DNA of 64,000 bases from Rickettsiales bacterium (GTDB lineage: Bacteria; Pseudomonadota; Alphaproteobacteria; Rickettsiales; JALZUV01): contig JAQXAR010000027.1 of assembly GCA_029252805.1 (NCBI GenBank), positions 35,175 to 99,174 on the forward strand, read 5' to 3'. The notes under the pieces are model-generated. The model searched no databases. It was not told where the DNA came from and saw only the letters and a list, made by a program, of their open reading frames with translations. Both the position numbers and the translations under genes were made by a program. Positions 19,084 through 29,826 of the stretch are shown here, one piece after another. Every line of letters begins with the position of its first letter. The first letter of the stretch is position 1.

Positions 19084-20184
19084 ATGCAAACATCTTCTAG
19101 CCTCCTACCCTCCGGTTTTGCTGATTTATTATCCCCTGACGCGTGGCGTGAGCGGAGGCTTCGCAACACCGTTTTGGAACGTTTCCGCAATTTCGGATAT
19201 GAGGAAGTTTCGCCTCCCCTACTTGAGTTTGAAGACAGCTTGCTTGAAAAAACGAAATTAAACCGCCAAACCTTTCGCGTGATGGATACTAAGAGCCAAC
19301 GTATGATGGGATTGCGCGCAGATATGACGCCGCAAATCGCTCGCATCGCCGCCAGCCGGATGGATAATGAAGCGCTCCCACTACGCCTATGCTATGCGGG
19401 TACTTGCCTGCGTATTAAAGGAGATGGGCTCGACAAATCTCGTCAAGTTATTCAAGCCGGCATTGAGTGCATTGGCGCAAAAAGCGATAGCTCATTGATT
19501 GAGATATTACGCTGCGCACAAGAGACGCTGAGTGCCATTGAGGTCAATGATCTTTCTTTAGACCTCACCTTGCCCGGTCTTTTAACAACGCTTCTCAAAG
19601 AACTGCCCGCTAAGAAACGTGAAACAACACGACGCGCCGTTGAGCAGAAAGATCGCCACACGATCATGGCCATCAACCATCCGGTTGCTGAAGCGCTACT
19701 AACCTTGATAGATGGCGTAAGCTTGGGCACATTTGAAGAACTTGCCCCTCAATTTCCTATTTTCGCCATGTCATGGGTTAAGCAAGTTCGCGCCATTGCA
19801 GCCGCCTTTCCGAACCTCTCCCTCACACTTGACCCACTCGAGGAAAGCGGTTTTGGCTATTACGATAGTATCGCTTTCTCCATTTTTTCGACGTCACTCG
19901 GTTGCGAAATTGGCCGTGGCGGGCGTTATATTGCGCATGAAGGCCTCCCCGCCTACGGCTTCACCCTTTATCTTACGCCCTTACTCCGAAATAGTAAAAT
20001 AGCCGATGAATCCCCTCGTTGTTTAGTGCTTGAAGGCGCAAATGAAAAAATTGCGTATGATTTACGCGAAAAAGGCTGGCATACGGTTTATTCAACCGCT
20101 AGGACTGCGGCTGAAGCGACGCAAGAAGCAAAAGAACATAAGTGTAAACATCTTCTCGAAAAGGAAAACTTAAGCGATGTCTAA
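19084..20184 (+). CDS. hisZ: ATP phosphoribosyltransferase regulatory subunit
   Basis: 366 aa with a class-II aaRS-like core: [25 protein letters not shown] and [10 protein letters not shown]. Confidence 0.85.
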   Translation: MQTSSSLLPSGFADLLSPDAWRERRLRNTVLERFRNFGYEEVSPPLLEFEDSLLEKTKLNRQTFRVMDTKSQRMMGLRADMTPQIARIAASRMDNEALPLRLCYAGTCLRIKGDGLDKSRQVIQAGIECIGAKSDSSLIEILRCAQETLSAIEVNDLSLDLTLPGLLTTLLKELPAKKRETTRRAVEQKDRHTIMAINHPVAEALLTLIDGVSLGTFEELAPQFPIFAMSWVKQVRAIAAAFPNLSLTLDPLEESGFGYYDSIAFSIFSTSLGCEIGRGGRYIAHEGLPAYGFTLYLTPLLRNSKIADESPRCLVLEGANEKIAYDLREKGWHTVYSTARTAAEATQEAKEHKCKHLLEKENLSDV

Positions 20185-21472
20185 TGTGGTAGTGATTGGC
20201 TCTCAGTGGGGCGATGAAGGTAAAGGTAAAATCGTTGACTGGCTTTCGGAGCGCGCGCAAGTCGTGGTACGCTTTCAAGGTGGACATAATGCAGGCCACA
20301 CACTCGTTTGCGATGGCGTCACTTACAAACTAAGCCTACTTCCTTCCGGCGTCGTTCGTGGTGGTAAAATCAGCATCATCGGCAACGGTGTGGTGATCAA
20401 CCCATGGGCCCTCATGGATGAAATGAAACGCATCCGCGCACAAGGCATCTCGATCACACCTGAGAACCTCAAAATCGCCGAAAATGCGACTCTGATTCTA
20501 CCGATCCACAGCAAAATGGATCAAGCTTCTGAAGCCGCACGTGGCGATGGGAAAATCGGCACAACAGGCCGTGGCATCGGCCCTGCTTACGAAGACAAAG
20601 TAGCGCGCCGCGCATTGCGGATCTGTGACTTAACCAATGATGAGGTGATGGTTCAACGCATCACCGCCATGTATAAACACCATAATGCATTGCTTGAAGC
20701 CTTTGGCATTGAACCTGCTGACCTCGATGAAGCCCTCAAAATGCTCCGCGAAATCCGCGATGAGCTATTGAGTTATGTGGCACCAACTTGGATGCTGATT
20801 GACCAATTACACCGCGAAGGTAACCACATCCTGTTCGAAGGCGCACAAGGTACCATGCTTGATGTCGATCACGGCACCTACCCGTTCGTAACGTCATCGA
20901 ATACCACAGCGGGCTCTGCTGCGAGTGGCGCAGGTATCAGTGTTCGCCAATTGGATTATATCCTCGGCATCACCAAAGCCTACACAACACGTGTTGGCAG
21001 CGGCCCCTTCCCAACGGAGCAAGATAACGCAGTCGGCCAAAAACTTGGCGAGATTGGCCACGAATTTGGCACGGTTACCGGTCGTAAACGTCGTTGCGGT
21101 TGGTTCGATGCAGTCATGGTTCGCCAAGCCTGTAAGATTGGCGGCATTAGCGGTATCGCCCTGACCAAACTTGATGTGATGGACACATTTGAAGAACTCA
21201 AAATCTGTATCGGCTATAAATATGATGGTAAGATTTATGATTATCTGCCAGCCGCCAGCGATATCCAAGAAGCGGTTGAGCCAATCTACGAAACGATGCC
21301 GGGCTGGATGGGCTCTACAGCAGGTGCTCGTAGCTGGGTAGACTTACCTGCACGTGCCGTAAAATACATCCGCCGCGTAGAAGAGTTGATTGAATGCCCC
21401 GTCGCTATGGTATCAACCAGCCCTGACCGTGAAGACACGATTTTGGTCCGCGATCCATTCGCAAAACGTTAA
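20177..21472 (+). CDS. purA: adenylosuccinate synthase
   Basis: 431 aa with [19 protein letters not shown] and [13 protein letters not shown]. Confidence 0.95.
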   Translation: MSNVVVIGSQWGDEGKGKIVDWLSERAQVVVRFQGGHNAGHTLVCDGVTYKLSLLPSGVVRGGKISIIGNGVVINPWALMDEMKRIRAQGISITPENLKIAENATLILPIHSKMDQASEAARGDGKIGTTGRGIGPAYEDKVARRALRICDLTNDEVMVQRITAMYKHHNALLEAFGIEPADLDEALKMLREIRDELLSYVAPTWMLIDQLHREGNHILFEGAQGTMLDVDHGTYPFVTSSNTTAGSAASGAGISVRQLDYILGITKAYTTRVGSGPFPTEQDNAVGQKLGEIGHEFGTVTGRKRRCGWFDAVMVRQACKIGGISGIALTKLDVMDTFEELKICIGYKYDGKIYDYLPAASDIQEAVEPIYETMPGWMGSTAGARSWVDLPARAVKYIRRVEELIECPVAMVSTSPDREDTILVRDPFAKR

Positions 21473-21613
21473 AACACTCCTATCGCTGACATTTTCGCAC
21501 CTTTTGGGAGAATTCCTAAGAGTTTACTGAGCTTTAGGTTAGACAGTTGCAGCCATCGCCAAGCAATCACTGTACCCTTCACAATAGCTATATTTTTAAG
21601 CTACAGATAAGTT

Positions 21614-23680
21614 ATGGCAGCGACAGATAAAGACACATCGGGTTTAGAAACCCCGCAGAACACCGCTAAACGCCACACGGTAGACACACCGCGCGGCGGT
21701 GATTTGGATGTGCTTGGCAAACGCTTTGATATTCAAGTTCAGTCTCCCTTGCCGGAATTTAGCAATGAGCTCTGCAAAGCCTTTACGGCAACTGACCGTA
21801 ACGAAGAGTATCAAGGACTTTATGCCTTGGTCGGCATCAATAGCTTACCGTTTCGCGATCGCGCAACGGAAGCGATGCAAAAAGGAACAGTGCCGCACTT
21901 AATTCGCTGCCACGCGACAGGCCCTGTCACCCTATCTAACAGCGGAGAGACGCATCGCGCTTTCATCCTACAAAAACCACGCGGGAAAAAACTCAGCGAC
22001 ATCCTAAGCCATTCCGGCTCACTTCCAGAAAGTTTTATCATCAATCAGGTAGTTCGCCCGTTAGCGGCGATGTTGCTCGAACTTGAAGCGTACGGCATTA
22101 ACCATGGGTGCATCAACGCTGACACTGTATATTTTGAAAATGATATTACCGTCGATGAATGTAGTGCACTCCCCTCAGGTTACCTCCAAGACCCAAGCTA
22201 TGAAGCGCCTGAGCGTGTACTTTGCTTATCAGGTGCGAAAGGCGCTGGGGAAACTAGCGGAGACTATTATGCCATTGGTATACTCGCATTACACCTGCAT
22301 CTTGGCTATCTCCCACATCAAGAACTCAGTAGCACAGACCGCGTCGAAAAACTCTTCGAAAACGGAGCTTATAATAGCTTCATCCCCGAAGTAGAAATGT
22401 CTGAGAACCTACAAGATCTCTTGCGCGGCACCATTAATGAAAATCGGGGTGAACGTTGGAGCAGTAACCAAATGAAAGGCTGGATTGGTGGCAAACGTTA
22501 TAACATCGTCGCACCTTCTAAACCGAAAGATTCTATCCGTCCGTTTGAGTACCGCAACAACCTATTCTATACTCGCCAACAAATTGCTCATAATCTGTGC
22601 AAAGATTGGAAAATGGCGACCACTCAGGTTTCTGGCTTCCGTTTACTACGCTGGCTCGAATCAAACATCAAAAAAACAGACGTTTGCGGTCAGGTGGATC
22701 GGGTCATTCCCATTGGCGATGATGAAAACCCTGTACGTACCTTAAAAAACGATGAATTATCCAGGCTCATCAGCGCACTCGACCCACAAGGCCCTATCCG
22801 CTTCCGATTAGTCTCTCTCAATGTAGACGGGCTTGGAACGGCACTCGCGGAGGCATTCAGAAAAGGTAATGGCGGGCACTTACAACAACTTACCAGTGTT
22901 ATTGATAATAACCTCCTCACTTACTCCGACAGTTTATTGGCAGACATTAACAACCCTGTTAGCTCAACCGTTCTATGGCGCTTACAGAACCTTCGCCCTA
23001 TTTTAAAAACAAAAGAACTTGGCTTCGGCTTTGAACGCATTCTCTACCAACTCAACCCCTCCTTATGCTGTCAGCAAAAAATGCTGCTCCCCCATTATTC
23101 TTATACGGTTGAAGAGATATTAACGACCTTGAACAACCTTGCAGCGAAACATGCGAAAATAACACCACTTGTCGATCGTCATATAGCCGCATTCCTAACG
23201 AACAGGCTTGAAGTCAATCGAGAAATCAGAATTGTTGAATTGAGTAAATTCCCTCAACTTGCAACGAACGAACGCCTCCTGATGCTCAAAATTCTAACGA
23301 TGGCTCAGCAAAAAATTAAGAATAAACCTCTTCATGGCCTCACTCAATGGGCCGTCGAAATGATATTACCAGCTCTAGAGCAACTGCACCAAACGTCTAA
23401 GCGCGAAAAGCTAATCGACAAAATCAATCTTTTAGCAAAAAAAGGGATCATTGAGCACATTACTTTCCTTGTTTTCAACAAAGATATGTTTTCTTACGAT
23501 CAACGAGAGCATAGCCGCGCGGAGGCTCTTTTCCGCTTCCACAGAGAGATGTTCAACTTCCTACAAGATAACGGGAAATTACGCCTTAAATCACGCATTA
23601 TGGGGCAACAACTTGCATGGTTCATGAGCGTAACCGCACTTGGTATCGTTGTTTATATAAGCTCACGCCCCTTCCTTTAA
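21614..23680 (+). CDS. protein-kinase-fold protein with degenerate catalytic motifs (pseudokinase-like), helical C-terminal region and C-terminal TM anchor
   Basis: 688 aa. Residues ~35-290 align by eye to an ePK fold: hinge-like AFILQKPRGKKLSDIL, HGCINADT at the HRDxKxxN position, DEC at the DFG position, YEAPE, GDYYAIGILALHL, and a R..W tail. The last 22 aa are hydrophobic (LAWFMSVTALGIVVYISS). Confidence 0.55.
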   Translation: MAATDKDTSGLETPQNTAKRHTVDTPRGGDLDVLGKRFDIQVQSPLPEFSNELCKAFTATDRNEEYQGLYALVGINSLPFRDRATEAMQKGTVPHLIRCHATGPVTLSNSGETHRAFILQKPRGKKLSDILSHSGSLPESFIINQVVRPLAAMLLELEAYGINHGCINADTVYFENDITVDECSALPSGYLQDPSYEAPERVLCLSGAKGAGETSGDYYAIGILALHLHLGYLPHQELSSTDRVEKLFENGAYNSFIPEVEMSENLQDLLRGTINENRGERWSSNQMKGWIGGKRYNIVAPSKPKDSIRPFEYRNNLFYTRQQIAHNLCKDWKMATTQVSGFRLLRWLESNIKKTDVCGQVDRVIPIGDDENPVRTLKNDELSRLISALDPQGPIRFRLVSLNVDGLGTALAEAFRKGNGGHLQQLTSVIDNNLLTYSDSLLADINNPVSSTVLWRLQNLRPILKTKELGFGFERILYQLNPSLCCQQKMLLPHYSYTVEEILTTLNNLAAKHAKITPLVDRHIAAFLTNRLEVNREIRIVELSKFPQLATNERLLMLKILTMAQQKIKNKPLHGLTQWAVEMILPALEQLHQTSKREKLIDKINLLAKKGIIEHITFLVFNKDMFSYDQREHSRAEALFRFHREMFNFLQDNGKLRLKSRIMGQQLAWFMSVTALGIVVYISSRPFL

Positions 23681-23695
23681 CCTTCAGGACACCTA

Positions 23696-24169
23696 ATGAT
23701 GGCCGACGAAAAAAAAACGAAAAAGAAAAAAAAGAAAAGCAGCTTTAAAAGCAAAATCCTCTGGTTTATCGTGCTGGTAGGAACATTCGCGCTATTAAGG
23801 CAAACGACAATGCTTTTGCTTGTTGGTATGCTTCCAACCCTCGTGGTAAAATTCATTGATGATTCGGATGAGCAACTTTGGTTTAAAACCGTATTTTGCT
23901 TCAACCTCGCAGGAGTCTTTCCTTACCTGATTGATATTACAATGACGCATGGTAACAGCGTTAGGGCCCTACAAGAGCAAATGGCTGACTCTTTTACCTG
24001 GCTATCCGCTTATGGTGGTGCTGCTGCCGGATATGCAGTCATGATAGTTTGCCCAATGGCCTCCGAATTCTTCATGCGCGTCTTCAACACAAAGCGCATC
24101 GAGAAACATCACAAAAAGCTCGTTCGTTTACATGAAGAATGGGGCGTTGGCGATAAGTCAGACCTTTAA
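23696..24169 (+). CDS. small polytopic membrane protein with polylysine N-terminus
   Basis: 157 aa starting MMADEKKTKKKKKKSSFKSK, followed by about 4 hydrophobic helices. It starts 15 nt after the pseudokinase-like gene. I recognise no family. Confidence 0.55.
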   Translation: MMADEKKTKKKKKKSSFKSKILWFIVLVGTFALLRQTTMLLLVGMLPTLVVKFIDDSDEQLWFKTVFCFNLAGVFPYLIDITMTHGNSVRALQEQMADSFTWLSAYGGAAAGYAVMIVCPMASEFFMRVFNTKRIEKHHKKLVRLHEEWGVGDKSDL

Positions 24170-24170
24170 G

Positions 24171-25286
24171 TTAAGCAGCTTTAATCCAGCCACCGCCAAG
24201 CACACGATTACCTTCGTAAAATACACAGGCCTGCCCTGGAGCCGTTCCCATTTGAGGCGGCGTTAGGGTGATCTGTGCATGACCGGCATCATCGATAAGC
24301 TGTAATTTCGCCGATACGGGCTTACCTACCGAACGCAATTTCACCAAAACTTCCTTACCCTCTTGCGGCACATCTTCGCCAAGCCAATTCACCTCTTTCA
24401 AGGCGATATCCTGCGTCAGTAAAGCATCTTGCGGCCCGACCAATACAGTTTTATCATCCGCATTTAGCTTCACCACATAAAGCGGGGCTTGTGTCCCACC
24501 GATATCCAAACCACGACGCTGCCCCACTGTATAATGGATGATTCCTTTGTGCTGACCCAAAACTTCACCCGTTTCAATATGAATGATAGCCCCCGGTGCA
24601 CTCGCGCCTGGACGAAGCTTCTCAACAACCTTGGCATAGCCTCCTGTCGGCACGAAACAGATATCCTGACTGTCTGGCTTATCTGACACTTGCAGGCCGT
24701 ATTGCTCCGCGAGAGCACGGGTCTCAGCCTTTGTTTTATCTCCCAAAGGAAAACGTAGAAAGTCGAGCTGCTCTTGCGTGGTCGCAAATAAGAAATAACT
24801 TTGATCTTTGGTATCATCCGCCCCGCGTAACATGAAAGACTTTCCGCTATCGGTCATTTCTTGCTGAACGTAATGGCCTGTCGCCATCACATCTGCGCCT
24901 AAATCTCGCGCCATTTGCAGCAAGTCTTTAAATTTCACGGATTGATTACAGCGCACACACGGAATCGGCGTTTGTCCCGCCAAATAGGAATCAACGAAGT
25001 CTTCCATCACCGCTTCTTTGAATTTATCTTCATAATTCAAAACATAATGCGGGATATCGATTTCCTCTGCCACACGGCGTGCGTCATGAATATCTTGCCC
25101 TGCACAGCAGGTCTTACCTGGCTTTGCCACCGCCGCGCCATAATCATAAAGCTGCAAGGTAATCCCAATCACCTCATAGCCTTCTGCCTTGAGCATCGCT
25201 GCTGCCACAGAACTATCCACCCCACCTGACATCGCAACAACGACGCGGGTTTTTTCAACGGGTTTATCAATTCCAAGACTGTTCAT
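24171..25286 (-). CDS. mnmA: tRNA 2-thiouridine(34) synthase
   Basis: 371 aa with PP-loop [13 protein letters not shown], catalytic Cys context PCVRCN, and DSQDICF. Confidence 0.95.
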   Translation of the reverse strand: MNSLGIDKPVEKTRVVVAMSGGVDSSVAAAMLKAEGYEVIGITLQLYDYGAAVAKPGKTCCAGQDIHDARRVAEEIDIPHYVLNYEDKFKEAVMEDFVDSYLAGQTPIPCVRCNQSVKFKDLLQMARDLGADVMATGHYVQQEMTDSGKSFMLRGADDTKDQSYFLFATTQEQLDFLRFPLGDKTKAETRALAEQYGLQVSDKPDSQDICFVPTGGYAKVVEKLRPGASAPGAIIHIETGEVLGQHKGIIHYTVGQRRGLDIGGTQAPLYVVKLNADDKTVLVGPQDALLTQDIALKEVNWLGEDVPQEGKEVLVKLRSVGKPVSAKLQLIDDAGHAQITLTPPQMGTAPGQACVFYEGNRVLGGGWIKAA

Positions 25287-25330
25287 AGGAGCCGAAACAT
25301 AGGGAAACTGCGAGTTTTCAGCAAGTGTTA

Positions 25331-25765
25331 TTAGTATGAGCGAAAGTTCGTTGTACCAATAAGGTAGTGAATCTGCCCATCCTCATGCTCCGAAAGCGGT
25401 GCGAGCAGGCTTCGGTAACGCAACAACGAACCCTCCACCGTCACTTCACCGCAATGCGACACGGGAGATTCCATCAACCATACTTCTTCAATAAATTTCG
25501 AAATATCCGCTAATACCGAGTGCGTAGCAGCATCTTCTAGATGCTTACCTGTATAATCCTCGCCAAACACTTGCAAAAGCTCGGAACCGAAATGCTGGAA
25601 CTCAGGGTTTTCGCGATTAGACACATCTAATACGAAACAAAAGTCCCACAAGTCTTCCATCTCGCCGAGGCTGATTTCGGAAAGATCCGGAAACTTATTA
25701 TTTTCCTTAATGCTGTTCCAATAGGAGAGCAGTCGGAATGTGTGTCTTTGTTCATTAGAGGCCAT
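25331..25765 (-). CDS. PAS_5-like small PAS domain protein
   Basis: 144 aa. The N-terminal [29 protein letters not shown] resembles the alphaproteobacterial single-domain PAS_5 family. Confidence 0.5.
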   Translation of the reverse strand: MASNEQRHTFRLLSYWNSIKENNKFPDLSEISLGEMEDLWDFCFVLDVSNRENPEFQHFGSELLQVFGEDYTGKHLEDAATHSVLADISKFIEEVWLMESPVSHCGEVTVEGSLLRYRSLLAPLSEHEDGQIHYLIGTTNFRSY

Positions 25766-25817
25766 AGAGGCGCCCTCTTAAGTTACTTTGTCTCTTTAGG
25801 CTAGCCTAAAAAGGCTC

Positions 25818-26940
25818 CTATTTAGCTTTTGAATTTGCGCCCGTTCCGATACGTTGCGCAAGTGCGGCAGACATAAACTCGTCTAAATCGCCATCAAGCA
25901 CAGCAGAGGTGTTGCCCGTTTCCACATTTGTGCGTAGATCCTTGACCATTTGATACGGATGCAAAACATACGAACGGATCTGATTTCCCCAACCAATATC
26001 GCTCTTACTGTCATTTACTTCTTGGGCCGATTCCTCGCGTTTACGCAGCTCTTCCTCATACAGGCGAGCTTTCAGCATCTTAAACGCACTGGCACGATTT
26101 TGGTGCTGAGAACGCGAACTCTGACATTGCACGACGATATTGGTCGGCAAGTGAGTAATACGGATCGCACTATCGGTTTTATTAATATGCTGCCCGCCTG
26201 CACCTGAAGCGCGATAGGTATCAATACGCAGATCTTTATCTTCAATCTCAATTTCAATCGTATCGTCAATCACAGGATAAACCCACGCACTGGCAAAACT
26301 AGTATGCCGGCGCGCGTTGCTATCGAAAGGCGATATCCGCACTAAACGATGCACACCAGATTCAACCTTTGACCAACCGTAAGCATTATGTCCCTGCACG
26401 AGGAGTGTCGCAGACTTAATCCCCGCCTCATCGCCCGCAGATTCTTCGACAATCTCGGTCTTATAGCCTTTTTGTTCGGCCCACCGCTGATACATACGGA
26501 AGAGCATTGCCGCCCAATCTTGGCTTTCAGTACCGCCTGCGCCAGGATGAATTTCGATATAGCAATCATTCGCATCTGCCTCGCCCGAAAGCAGGCTCTC
26601 TAGCTCCATACGGTTTATCTTCTTGGCAAGCGCTAGCAGTGCAACTTCTGACTCCTTAACCGTCGCCTCATCGCCCTCCATCTCGCCAAGCTCGATCATT
26701 GTGACATGGTCTTCAAGCTCCTGCTCAAGCTTGAGCGTACCATTCACCATATTATCAAGATGGGTACGCTCTTTGAGAAGCTTCTGCGCGCGCGCTTGAT
26801 CGTTCCATAGGTCGGGATCTTCGGCTTGTTCGTTCAGCGCCTCTAATTGGGCAACGGCAGCGTCCCAGTCAAAGGTACCTCCTCAGCAGTTGCTGTGACT
26901 GCTGAATTTGTTCGATTAATGCTGTTGTTTCGGCCTTCAT
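25818..26940 (-). CDS. prfB: peptide chain release factor 2, requires programmed +1 frameshift
   Basis: Frame 0 runs from ATG 26940..26938 as MKAETTALIEQIQQSQQLLRRYL and then hits TGA at 26871..26869. The +1 frame continues DWDAAVAQLEALNEQAEDPDLWNDQARAQ... into the track ORF 25818..26750, which contains SPF and GGQ (SGAGGQHINKTDSA). The total is 373 aa. Confidence 0.95.
26868..26884 (-). promoter_or_regulatory. prfB +1 frameshift site: internal SD-like AGGAGG, then CTT TGA C
   Basis: The reverse strand reads GAGGAGGTACCTTTGAC, which is the same architecture as the classical RF2 autoregulatory site. Confidence 0.9.
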
Positions 26941-29786
26941 TAGTAGAGCCCTCCTGTTCCGTAAGCCGATGCTGGCGGACGTGTTGGTTGACGTGAGCCA
27001 TATCCTTGCTGCGGCGCCCGTGGTGCGACGGGTACAGGCTGGCGGTCATAATAACGCCCACCTGTCACTCCATTATCGTAAGAACCGCGAACCTCGCGTT
27101 GACGTTGCAGCTGCTGCGCACGTTCCACATAATTTGGCGCTTCGTCGTAATAGTGCCCACGCGCAGGGGCGCCTGGATTTTCATTCCCGGGCACCACATA
27201 GCCTGACGGTGGTCGCTGGCGGTTAGACTTCGGCTGCTGCGTAGAATAATCCCACCCGGCACCTCGCTTAACAGAGGCTGCTGGTCGTGTCGGCGGTGTA
27301 GTCGCAGCAATACCCGGCTGGTACCCTTCGCCCGCAGTGTCTTTCGGCGATTCACTTTTACTTTGATAAGGCGTCTCATTACCGTAGCGATTCGCATGAT
27401 TCGGGCTCTCGTAATATTTGAACGCCTCATAGATGATATTCTTCGCCGGACTCCCCACATAAGGCGGACGGCCCGTCCAACGGTCGATCTTATAAAGACG
27501 AATCCCTTCAGGCATACTGAATGGGCGCACGGTATTCTTATCCAACGCCGTTTCCATGAAATTGACAAACCCCGGCAACGCAACAGAGCTACCCGTTTCT
27601 TTGGGCCCTAGCGGCTTCGGTTGGTCAAAGCCAATGTAAAGCCCGACCACCAGATCAGAAGAGAAACCAATAAACCATGCATCACGACTATCATTGGTCG
27701 TACCAGTTTTTCCGCCTAGAGGCATACCCAGCGCTTTGGCACGTCGTGCCGTTCCGCGCTCAACGACGCCTTGTAGCATATAGGTAGTTTGATAAGCAGA
27801 CGCAGCGTCCACCACCGTTTCACGGTCATCTTTAAGCTCCGGCGGTGCTTTTTGCATTTCAGGCGGAATATCATCGCGGTAGGAACAATTCTTACATTCA
27901 CGATTATCACGCCGGAAAACAATATTCCCATAACGATCATCAATGCGCTCAATCAACTGCGGCTCAACCTTCTTACCGCCATTGACCAATATCGCATAAG
28001 CATTGACGAGTCTCATCAGAGTCGTTTCTTGCGAGCCTAACACCGTGGCATAATGTGGCGGCAGGTCGTCATAAATGCCGAAACGTTTACCAATCTCCTG
28101 AATGCGTTCAATGCCGAGTAGACTCGCCAAATAAACCGTCATCGCATTACGCGAACGTTCTAAGCCCATACGCATGGTCACACTGCCCAAAAAGTCGCCA
28201 CTATAGTTTTGCGGTTTCCAATCAGGTCTATCCGGCCCTTGTGGAATGGAGATCGGACCATCCATCAATTTCGTCGCAGGCGTCATGCCGGATTCAATCC
28301 CAGCCAAATAAACAAACGGCTTAAAGGCAGAGCCGGGCTGACGCTTCGCTTGCGTCGCACGGTTAAACTCTGACCCCTGATAGCTGTAGCCACCAGACAT
28401 GGCCATCACCTGTCCTGAATGTGGGTCCATCGCAACCAGAGCACCATTAACCTTCGGTATCTGTAGGAGCTTATAAGCACCAGTTTCTTTCGGCTCTTCC
28501 GCCGGGGCTTCGGGTGTCGTGAAAATAGGATCTATCAGTACCACATCTCCGACACGCAACACATCTGACACCTTCTTCACCGCGCCCCCCATAATGGTCT
28601 CGCTCACATATTTGCGCGCCCATTTCACTTCCGATAACCTCAGCTTGCCCTGCTTGCCTTCAGACATCACCAATATCGCTTGCTTATCCTCGACCGTTTT
28701 GACCATCGCCAAACGTTGATTATCGAACACCGGTGTTTTTTCCGCTAACTTTTCGATCCGCAGCTTCCATTCCGAGAAATTGGGGAAATGCGCGATCGGC
28801 CCACGCCAGCCATGACGGCGATCATAATCAGAAAGCGCTTTACGCAACGCATTATCAGCTAGTTTTTGTGTCTTCGGATCCACCGTCGTTTTCACGAACA
28901 AGCCACCTTCATATAAGACTTCCTGTCCATATTGTTCGGCAAGTTTACGGCGCACTTCCTCCGCAAAGAAGTCAGCGCTGGCCACTTCACTCTTGTCACG
29001 TTCTCGCGTGGTGATCGGAGAACTATCGGCCACCTTCATCTCTTCTGCGGTGATAAATCCATTCGCATACATGCGCTTTAATACATAAGAACGCCGATTC
29101 ATCGCGCGCTCATAATTCTGATTCGGATTGTAATTGGCTGGCCCTTTAGGAAGCCCGGCTAAGAAGGCCACTTCGGCAATGGTCAACTCTTCGAGAGATT
29201 TGTTAAAATAGTTAAGTGCCGCTGCCGCGACACCATAAGAACGCAGCCCTAGGTAAATTTCGTTCAGATAAAGCTCAAGGATACGGTCTTTCGTGTAAAT
29301 TCGATCCATACGAAACGCCAAGATCGCTTCCTTAATCTTACGTTCAAATGAACGTTCATTGGTTAGGAGGAAGTTCTTCACCACTTGCTGCGTGATGGTT
29401 GAGCCCCCTACCATGGCACGGCCCTGCCCGTAATTATTGATATTGGTGACAATCGCACGGGCGATACTCATAAAATCAACGCCATCATGTCGGTAAAAAT
29501 CTTTATCTTCCGACGCAAGGAATGCATTGATCAAACGCTTCGGCATCGCGCCCAACGGCAGATAGAGACGATGCTCCGTCGCATATTCAGCCAGCAACTT
29601 ACCATTATTGGCATACAGACGTGTTACAATCGGCGGCTCATATTTCGCTAGCTTCCCCGGATCCGGCAGATCATGACTGTACATATAGAACAGCCCAATC
29701 ACCGCCAAGCAGCCAAATATCACCCCGGTAAACCCGAGCGATAGCAACCATGTTATAACACGTAAAAATCGAGATCTAATCTGCAT
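26940..29786 (-). CDS. mrcA: penicillin-binding protein 1A (bifunctional glycosyltransferase/transpeptidase) with low-complexity C-terminal tail
   Basis: 948 aa. GT51 motifs are EDKDFYRHDGVD and GGSTITQQ. The transpeptidase motifs are SAFKP and KTGTT. The last ~156 aa are P/Q/G/R/Y-rich. Its stop TAA shares one nucleotide with the prfB ATG (TAATG). Confidence 0.9.
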   Translation of the reverse strand: MQIRSRFLRVITWLLSLGFTGVIFGCLAVIGLFYMYSHDLPDPGKLAKYEPPIVTRLYANNGKLLAEYATEHRLYLPLGAMPKRLINAFLASEDKDFYRHDGVDFMSIARAIVTNINNYGQGRAMVGGSTITQQVVKNFLLTNERSFERKIKEAILAFRMDRIYTKDRILELYLNEIYLGLRSYGVAAAALNYFNKSLEELTIAEVAFLAGLPKGPANYNPNQNYERAMNRRSYVLKRMYANGFITAEEMKVADSSPITTRERDKSEVASADFFAEEVRRKLAEQYGQEVLYEGGLFVKTTVDPKTQKLADNALRKALSDYDRRHGWRGPIAHFPNFSEWKLRIEKLAEKTPVFDNQRLAMVKTVEDKQAILVMSEGKQGKLRLSEVKWARKYVSETIMGGAVKKVSDVLRVGDVVLIDPIFTTPEAPAEEPKETGAYKLLQIPKVNGALVAMDPHSGQVMAMSGGYSYQGSEFNRATQAKRQPGSAFKPFVYLAGIESGMTPATKLMDGPISIPQGPDRPDWKPQNYSGDFLGSVTMRMGLERSRNAMTVYLASLLGIERIQEIGKRFGIYDDLPPHYATVLGSQETTLMRLVNAYAILVNGGKKVEPQLIERIDDRYGNIVFRRDNRECKNCSYRDDIPPEMQKAPPELKDDRETVVDAASAYQTTYMLQGVVERGTARRAKALGMPLGGKTGTTNDSRDAWFIGFSSDLVVGLYIGFDQPKPLGPKETGSSVALPGFVNFMETALDKNTVRPFSMPEGIRLYKIDRWTGRPPYVGSPAKNIIYEAFKYYESPNHANRYGNETPYQSKSESPKDTAGEGYQPGIAATTPPTRPAASVKRGAGWDYSTQQPKSNRQRPPSGYVVPGNENPGAPARGHYYDEAPNYVERAQQLQRQREVRGSYDNGVTGGRYYDRQPVPVAPRAPQQGYGSRQPTRPPASAYGTGGLY

Positions 29787-29826
29787 TTTTCTTCTTATTA
29801 TTATTCTTCCCAGTCAGTCTACGCTA

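Noticed and set aside
25795-25810. Perfect 16-nt palindrome TTTAGGCTAGCCTAAA between prfB stop and the PAS_5-like gene start
   Set aside because: It is a single short occurrence with no loop and no U-tract, so it is not a convincing terminator. An operator role is possible but unsupported.
27065-27583. 172-aa same-strand alternative-frame ORF within mrcA
   Set aside because: It is an Arg-rich product generated by the biased composition of the PBP1A tail region and has no supporting signals.
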